64,000 nt of DNA from Eledone cirrhosa. Taxonomy: Eukaryota. The stretch spans positions 9,486,001 to 9,550,000 of the forward strand of contig OZ024749.1 of the NCBI GenBank assembly GCA_964016885.1, read 5' to 3'. This document shows positions 55,930-64,000 of this stretch, piece by piece; the stretch's first letter is position 1; every line of letters starts with the position of its first letter. The notes under the pieces were generated by a model that was not told the origin of the DNA, did no database searches, and was given only the letters and a program-made list of their open reading frames with translations. The position numbers and the translations under genes are program-made.

Positions 55930-57132
55930 TATATATATATATCTTGTATATATATATATATCTTATATATATATATATATCTTATATATATCTTATATAT
56001 ATATATATATATCTTATATATATATATCTTATATATATATATATATCTTATATATATATATATATATATCTTATATATATATATATATATCTTATATATA
56101 TATATCTTATGTGAAAAAATGGGGAGAAGAATACTGCAGGTTGCACATGGATAACATGTTATAAAATGAGTCCCTCATCAGTGATTTGCCAACGATCATA
56201 GATATTTCATTACATTAAAAACCATATACCTCACGTTGGTGCAATAATAACTAAATTAAGTTATTAGGACAATTAAAACGCGTAAAGCGAGTGGGACAAG
56301 TAAACAACAAAGAGGAAAGCTAACCGTAGATATATATATCTTATATATATATATATATCTTATATATATATATATATATATATCTACGATATGCGAGCAA
56401 GACAATCACTCTTGCCTCAAGTGGGACTACCCCCGTCCAAACCCATGCAAGCGTGGAACACGGACGTTAAACGTTGATGATGATGATGATGATGATATCT
56501 TATATATATATATCTTATATATATATATATATATATCTTATATATATCTTATATATATATATCTTATATATATATATATATATATATATCTTATATGGAC
56601 ACACTAGAAGAGGAAGACCAAGGTTAACATATGTTGATGCCCTAAGGACAGACACTGGTCTGTTGGAGATGCAGGATATGGCAGCGATAATGAGGGACAG
56701 AGACCGCTGGAAAGAACTCGTCCATGGATCTCGGAAATTTTACTCGCCTTAGATAGATAGATATATATCTTATATATATATATATATCTTATATATATAT
56801 ATATCTTATATATATATATATCTTATATATATATATATATCTTATATATATATATATATATCTTATATATATATATATCTTATATATATATATATCTTAT
56901 ATATATATATATATATATCTTATATCATCATCATCAGGTTTAGCGTCCGTGTTCCACGCTTGCATGGGTTTGGACGGGGGTTTTCCCACTTGAGGCAAGA
57001 GTGGTTGTCTTGCTCGCATAGAACTGTCTGGCGGGTTTTCTACAGCTGGATGCCCTTCCTAACACCAGCCACATTTACAGTGTGGGGCTGGGAGGTTTTT
57101 ACCGTGTTGCCTACACGGCCATATTACAGCGT

Positions 57133-57224
<92 letters not shown>

Positions 57225-57281
57225 ATATATATATCTTTTATATATATATCTTTTATATATATATCTTTTATATATATATAT

Positions 57282-57322
<41 letters not shown>
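55855..57322. repeat. (TA)n-TCT compound microsatellite with embedded RTE and family C fragments
   Basis: TATATCTTATATA pattern; inserts at 56110-56330, 56385-56495, 56596-56752, 56925-57135. Confidence 0.85.
56596..56752 (+). pseudogene. RTE 3' end of a different family
   Basis: GHTRRGRPRLTYVD..MRDRDRWKELV; (TAGA)n tail. Confidence 0.75.
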
Positions 57323-57326
<4 letters not shown>

Positions 57327-57440
57327 TGGTGAAATATGAAATGGAAGACTGTGTCAACATGCAGTGGTTTTTTACTCAATATACAAATTATTTTCATAGT
57401 TGTTCCTGTGGTGAACAACCGTATATAAGTGTATATTGGG

Positions 57441-57912
57441 TTAAGAGGTGGCTACTGACTGTAGGTTTGTATGCAAGGAAAGGCGGGTCTTTTGTACAAC
57501 TGCATGGCACCAAAGATCTCGATCCAGTGACATTGTCTTAGAGAGGTGTAAGTGAGTAAGGTCAGTTTTTCTCAACTCATCCCAGGTTTTTCTGGGTCTA
57601 CCCACTCCATAGCTTCCATCAATTTTGATCGCCCTGCACTCTTTTAGACAGCTGTCATCATTTATACGCATCACATGTCCATACCAACACAATCTCCTCT
57701 CCTGCACACAACTTTTGTTACCTCTTATGCTTAGTCTCTCTCTTAATTCGTTTATGCTTTGCTGTTCATGTACATTACTATTACACATCCATCGGAACAT
57801 GCAAGCTTCGTTTCTTTCTAATCTAGGCAAGTCTTCTGCACACAATGCCCAGGTCTCACTACCATGTAACATTGCTGTTCGGATACAAGCATGATACAAT
57901 CTGCCTTTCATT
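57441..57912 (-). pseudogene. RTE 3' fragment related to 40618-41588
   Basis: [21 protein letters not shown] ... [10 protein letters not shown]. Confidence 0.9.
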
Positions 57913-58084
57913 TTTATATATATATTGATGAAATAAAGGCCTGATCTTTACTTCATCAACATAGCCACAATATTTCATGTATTGAGCACTACTATGATTT
58001 ATGGTTTTCCTGTCCTTCACACCACAGACACTCAATATATACACCACACATTTTATTTTTATTCATTGATCTATCTTCAATAAG

Positions 58085-58151
58085 CAATTATTATTGTTAT
58101 TGTTGTTAATGCTGTTATTGCTATTGCTGTTAATATTGCTATTGTTGTTGT

Positions 58152-58189
<38 letters not shown>

Positions 58190-58197
58190 CTGCTGTT

Positions 58198-58228
<31 letters not shown>

Positions 58229-58250
58229 TTGCAGCTGTTGTTGTTGTTGT
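58085..58250. repeat. (GTT/GCT)n microsatellite
   Basis: Direct inspection. Confidence 0.9.
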
Positions 58251-58729
58251 TTCATTCAATAGTCATAATTCAAGAGGTAAAACTTTTAAGAGAGAAATAC
58301 AGATTCTGTTAATGTGACTATTTGTAATTTTTATAACCATATCTTATTTTCTTGATTAAATAGATACACACATGCACTCATACTACACTCATGCATAGAC
58401 ATACACATATACATACACACACACACACATATATATATACATATATCTACACATGCACACTATACTTATGTACTCACACATATACACTCACATACATATA
58501 TACATACACATGCACACCTAACTCATTTACTCATACATATGCACCCACACATATTCAAACATTCACATACACTCCCACTCACGAATATATTCAGTCACAA
58601 ATACACACACACATATACATACACATATATACAGTAACAAATAGAGATACATGTACGTACACATATACATACATGCAGTAATACAGACATACATACATAT
58701 ATACATACATACATACATACTTATATACA

Positions 58730-59122
58730 TGGCTTAGAGGTTAGAGCATTGGGCTTGCAATCGAAAGGTTGGGAGTTCAATTCTCAGACCGGGTGATGTG
58801 TTGCTTCCTTGAGCAAGACACTTTATTTCACATTGCTCCAGTTTACTCAGCTGTAGAAATGAGATGATAGGGACTGGGGTCCCTATCATTCCACTGCAAA
58901 GTGGCCGTGGAGGTACCATGGCAAAAAAGCACCCAGCACTCACTGTAAATGAGGTTGGTGTTAGGAAAGGCATCCAGCTGTAGAAATCAAGCCAGAATCA
59001 GTTCCTGTATGAGCAAGACAAGGTCAGCCGACCGGACACTGCCCACAACAAGACAACCCGTCTAACCCATGCTAGCATAGAAGAACGGACGTAAAACGGT
59101 GATGATGATGATGATGATGATG
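58730..59122 (+). mobile_element. SINE-B variant with longer 3' tail
   Basis: Same head and body as 39897-40228; alternative tail ending GGACGTAAAAC(GAT)n. Confidence 0.82.
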
Positions 59123-60014
59123 ATATACATACATATATACATGCACATACATACATATATAGATATTTACATACATATACATACACGCATACACATACAT
59201 ACATACACACATACACATACATATACATTCATACACACACAAACACATTCATACATACATGCATGCATACATATACACATGCACACACACATACATACAC
59301 ACAGACTTACACATACATACATACACACACACACATACATACACACATTTAGACACACATATAACATACATACACACACACTTACACACATATATACTTA
59401 CATACACTTACACACATTAACACATACACAGACGTTCACTAAGACAACCATCCACACACATAAGACGTCATGCAAGAGACAATTATATTTTTCCTTGTCT
59501 TTAACTATATAAACTAAACTATATAAAACTTTACATACATAGAAAACAAAATTAAATGCAAACCATATAATTTCTGCTGCTTTAGAATATTAGAAATTAA
59601 AGTGCTATCATCATTTAGTTACAATTAACTTTTAAAAATTATATTTCTTTTTTTAAAACATCATGATTTTAAATTCCTTGAATTCAAAATGTCATTATCA
59701 TCATTATGGTTTGGTGATAATGTAATAAATATGTATCAAATGATGAGTTTAACAGAACAGATAGAAATACAGAAGCTAAACATATCTAGAAATCATTTTT
59801 ATAGATTTCCAAAGATTCATTGATTTTATAAAATATCTGTGGAGTTGGGTGGGGTTATTATTATTTCTGTTGTTTTTTTTAAATTTGAACTCTGAATATT
59901 CAGAAGTATATTTAGTTTTATCTAATCTAAATTACAGTAAATTAATTTAGATTTTCTTTAACTATTCTCTTTTAAATGTGTCATTTCACTTCATGTGTGG
60001 TTGTTGTTGTTACT

Positions 60015-61085
60015 GAAGGGCAGTGGATTGGTAGTATCAGTAGAGAATCAGAAAATATGCTTTGCAGCATATAGTTACACCCCTTTATGTTCTAAGTTAG
60101 CTTTGCTATTCATCCATATGAGGTCAATAAAATAAATTACCAGTAATGTACTGGGGTGGAGTTAATCGCCTTTCCTCTCCCCAAAAATTGTTGACTTTGT
60201 GTCTAAATCAGAAACCAGATTGACAGTATCGGTAGAGCGTCAGGTAACATGCTCTGCAACATAGAGTTACGGCTCTTTACATTCTGAGTTCAATTCCACC
60301 GAGGTTAGCTTTGCCTTTCATCCTTGCAGGGCCGATAAAATAAAGTACTAATCATGCACTGGGGGCGATTAAATTGACTTTACCCCTCCCCCCAAAATTG
60401 CTGGCCTTGTGCCTATATCAGAAATCATTATTATTTTTTTTTCTGAAGGGTGGTGGATTGGCAGTAATTGGTAGAGTGTTGGGCAACATGATTTGCAGCA
60501 TATAGTTATGTCCCTTTTTACTCTTGGTTCAAATCATGCCGAGGTTAGCTTCACCATTTATCCATACTAATGCTGGTAAGATTGATTTTCCCTTCCCAAG
60601 TTACTGGCCTTGTGCTAATGTTAAAAAGAATTATTATTATTAATGCTGTAGACTGGCAGTATATGTTGGGCATTGGACAATATGCTTACGTTCTGAGTTC
60701 AAATCCTGCCAAGGTTAGCTTTGCCTTTCATCTTTACGGTGTTGATAAATAAAGCACCAGTAATGCACTGGTGTCAATTTAATCAACTTTCCCCTTTCCA
60801 TAGGTTGCTGGCCTTGTGCCTAAAGTGGAAATCATTATTATTAATGTTGTTATTTGTGTTTATCATAAGAGTGGTAGGTTGGCAGAATTATTTCAGCACC
60901 AAACAAAATGGTGTGTGGTATTTGTTCCAACTGTTTACAGTCATTTTCAAATCCCACTGATGTCAACTTCGCCTTTCATCCTTCCAGGATCAATAAAATA
61001 AAGTACCTGTCAAATACTTGGGTCAATGTAATCAACTTTCCCCTTTCCCACAAATTGCAGTCCTTGTTCCTAAATTAGAAACCAT
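60015..61085 (+). mobile_element. Five tandem diverged SINE-A copies
   Basis: Core and tail motifs at ~200-230 bp spacing, same orientation. Confidence 0.8.
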
Positions 61086-61459
61086 GTAAATGTGGAAATG
61101 TGGTTGGCTTTAGGCAGGGCATCCAGCCATAGAAAACCTGCCAGAAATAGTTCTGTATGAGTGAGACACGGTCACGCAACTAATTTTGCCTCAAGTGGGA
61201 CAAACCCGTCCAACCCATGCTAGCGTGGAAGATGATGCTATTGCATTATGGAGCACAGCTCTTTGTGCCTTGGGTATGTGCAGTGTTAATGTTTTGTTGT
61301 TGATCAGCAACACAAACTTCAGGAAACCAGTCAGTCAGCTGATCCACCATTCAAATGAACATGAAAGACAAATAGACTATATACTCACTGGGTAGTGAAA
61401 CAGATAAATGGTCATTAACCCTTTAGCATTTAAACTGGCTGTATCCGGCCAGAATTCTA

Positions 61460-61735
61460 TTGTATTGAGAGTACTTATTCGTCATAATGTGTTTATTGCC
61501 AATTAGGGCTATTTATCATAAATTATATGTCTGTGGTTTTTAACATTCCAAGAGCACCTATTATTATAGGTATTGTTTCTATTTCCATCATCTATATTAC
61601 AGTTATCTCTATTTCTAGATCTTTATATTTGGATAATTTTTCCATTTATTTGAGAGATATATTGCCATTGTCGCTGATACATTGATTAAAAGACATTCTC
61701 TTGCTAATGTTCTTTGACTACAGTATCTGATCATC
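61460..61735 (-). pseudogene. Decayed R4/Dong-like endonuclease 3' fragment
   Basis: Minus translation includes EKLSKYKDLEIEI and TIPIIIGALG. Confidence 0.65.
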
Positions 61736-61769
61736 ATTCTTCTTCTTCTTAATATTATTATTCTCATGA

Positions 61770-62222
61770 GAGCAGTAAATTGGTAGTATCAGTAGAGTGT
61801 CAGATACCATATCTTCGCAGCATAGAGTTATGGCCCTTTGCGTTTTCAGTTCAAATCCTACTGAGGTTAGCTTTGCCTTTCATCCTTATGGGGTCGATAA
61901 AAGGAAGTGCCAGTAACACATTGGGGTCAATTTAATCGACTTTCCCTTTCCTTTCAAATTGCTGGCCTTGTGCCTAAAGTTGAAACAATCATTATCAAGG
62001 TTGGTGGATTGGCAGTATCATTAGAGCATCAGTCAAAATGCTTTGCAGCATTTAGTTACGTCCCTTTACAATCTGAGTTCAAGTCGTGTCGAGGTTAAAT
62101 TTGCCTTTCATCATTATAGCTCGATAAAATAAACTACCAGTAATACAGTGGGGTCGATTTAATCAACTTTCTCTTTTGTTTCAAATTGCTGGCAATTGTG
62201 CCAAATGTAGAAACAATTATTA
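61770..62222 (+). mobile_element. Two SINE-A copies
   Basis: Core and tail motifs. Confidence 0.8.
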
Positions 62223-62669
62223 TAATTAATATTTGTGGGGTTTTTTTTCTTTTGTTTTTAAGGAGGATAAATATGTATAATAATAAGGAATGATAGGTTT
62301 TTAAACAACTTCAGTTATTGATGAGAAATTAAAAATTTTAGTGAACTGTATTTGGTAGAAAACAACAGCAAATGTATATAAATTAATGGAGGAAATATGA
62401 GTTGGGTTAAAGTGGGGTAGGGCTGATTAATGATTGATTATGTTTTGTTTTTAGTGCCAATCACATGGGAGAGGTACAGTTAATGATTCATTATGTATTG
62501 GTTTTAGGACCAATCACATTATTTCTGCAGCATTTGATGTTTTCGAGAAATAAATTATACTTATTAAACAAAGAGACCATGCAAAAGACAGCAAAAAAGA
62601 AAAAAAAGAATAAAAAAAAAAGAAAAAAAGCTTCTTGAACACTGTGATTCCTCCAGGAATATATATATC

Positions 62670-63200
62670 ATCATCGTTTAATGCCTATCTTCCATGCTAG
62701 CATGGGTTAGATGAGAAATTGTCCCACTTGAGGCAAAATTGATCAGGTGACCATCTAGCTCAAATAGGACTGACTATACCTGGCAGGTTTCCTACAGCTC
62801 GATGCCGTTTCTAACACATACATATATATATATATATCATCATCATCATCATCATCGTTTAACATCTATCTTCCACGCTAGCATGTGTTTAGACGGGAAT
62901 TGTCCCACTTGAGGCAAGATTGGTTGTCTTGCTCGTGTAGGACTGTCTGGCAGGTTTTCTACGGCTGGTTGCCCTTCCTAACACCAACCACGTTTACAGT
63001 ATGGACTGGGAGGTTTTTACCATGTTACCTACACGACTACATTACAGCGTGGACTGTGTATTTTTTTGTTGTGATACCTACACGACCTCATTTATTTAGG
63101 ACTGGATGTAGCGGTACCAACATAACTTTACAGGGAAAGGGGTGGTGCGGATGGGGGGGTAGGGTGGGGGGAATGGGGGGGGGGGGATTTGGGTTAAGAT
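62670..63200 (-). mobile_element. Two family C RTE-dependent elements
   Basis: Match to 40284-40615. Confidence 0.7.
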
Positions 63201-63228
63201 GTGCCATAATATATACATATATATATAT

Positions 63229-63364
63229 ATCAAGTTTAATATAGAAATAGCTTCTATAGGACTAGAAGTGTTTTATTCAGAAGAAATCATAAAGAAAGCC
63301 TAATGATTTCTTCTGAATGAAACAGTTCTTGTCCTGTAGAAGCCATTTCTATATTAAACTTGAT
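63229..63364. repeat. 62-bp-arm inverted repeat with 12-nt loop
   Basis: 63229-63290 vs 63303-63364, 5 mismatches. Confidence 0.92.
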
Positions 63365-63498
63365 GTTTACACCTCTACCAATGTATTTAGTACCTTATTA
63401 ACTGTGGTTACCCCCAATTAAATTTGGGACTTACACACATGAACACACACAGACACACACACACATATATATATACATACACACACACACACACATAG

Positions 63499-63529
<31 letters not shown>

Positions 63530-64000
63530 GATAGATATATATACATATATATATATAAAGATGGAGAGGGAGAGAGAGAGAGAACAAGAGAGAGAGAGAA
63601 CAAGAGAGAGAGGAAGATGAAAAGGAAAGAGGTGGACAGACACAGAGCAAGATAAAGAGAAGGGGAGAGGGGACAAAGAGAGAATAGAGACAGACAGAAA
63701 TAGAAAAAAAATTATCAAAGAGAAATATTTTTATTGGATTAAATTCTTCTTTGTTGAAACCAAGATAATGAATGAAACACACAAACGACAAGTTTGCTTT
63801 TCTAGAAATAAAAAACAACAACACACCGAAATAATAATAAGATCTAACTAAAACATAAGAAGTTTCTCTAAAGCAAGTTTATCTTTGCATCATTCTTGTG
63901 ACAAAGTTAAACCAATATGAAGAATATATTGCTGTTGACGAGGATGTTGACTGTAACCAAGATAGTTGTTGCTACAGACAGATAATAATTTCTTCTCCCA

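Noticed and set aside
63900-64000. YEEYIAVDEDV resembling a pogo/Tigger transposase tail or a host exon
   Set aside because: Too short and truncated by the window edge to support a call

Overview
Repeat-saturated, AT-rich animal DNA with no recognisable host gene. The SINE and LINE families resemble those of octopus genomes (inference). About 21 kb is three tandem satellites (49, 37 and 58 bp units); the 37-mer is a 12-bp deletion derivative of the adjacent 49-mer. The rest is a nest of retroelements sitting in (TA)n/(TAA)n microsatellites: two near-full-length Penelope-like elements (one Hydra-clade-like, one Neptune-like), R4/Dong and RTE LINE fragments, about 30 SINE copies from three families, Helitron-like elements, and hAT- and piggyBac-type MITEs. 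Two signals stand out. (i) Seven type I hammerhead ribozyme motifs of six unrelated sequence types lie between 37.2 and 49.7 kb, including a 1.3-kb non-coding palindrome with an intact-looking hammerhead at each end. (ii) An HIV-type U_UUU_UUA slippery heptamer sits in the short overlap between an upstream basic ORF and the RT ORF of the Neptune-like element, suggesting programmed -1 frameshifting. All calls were made by eye; boundaries are approximate and family names come from motif recall, not database searches.
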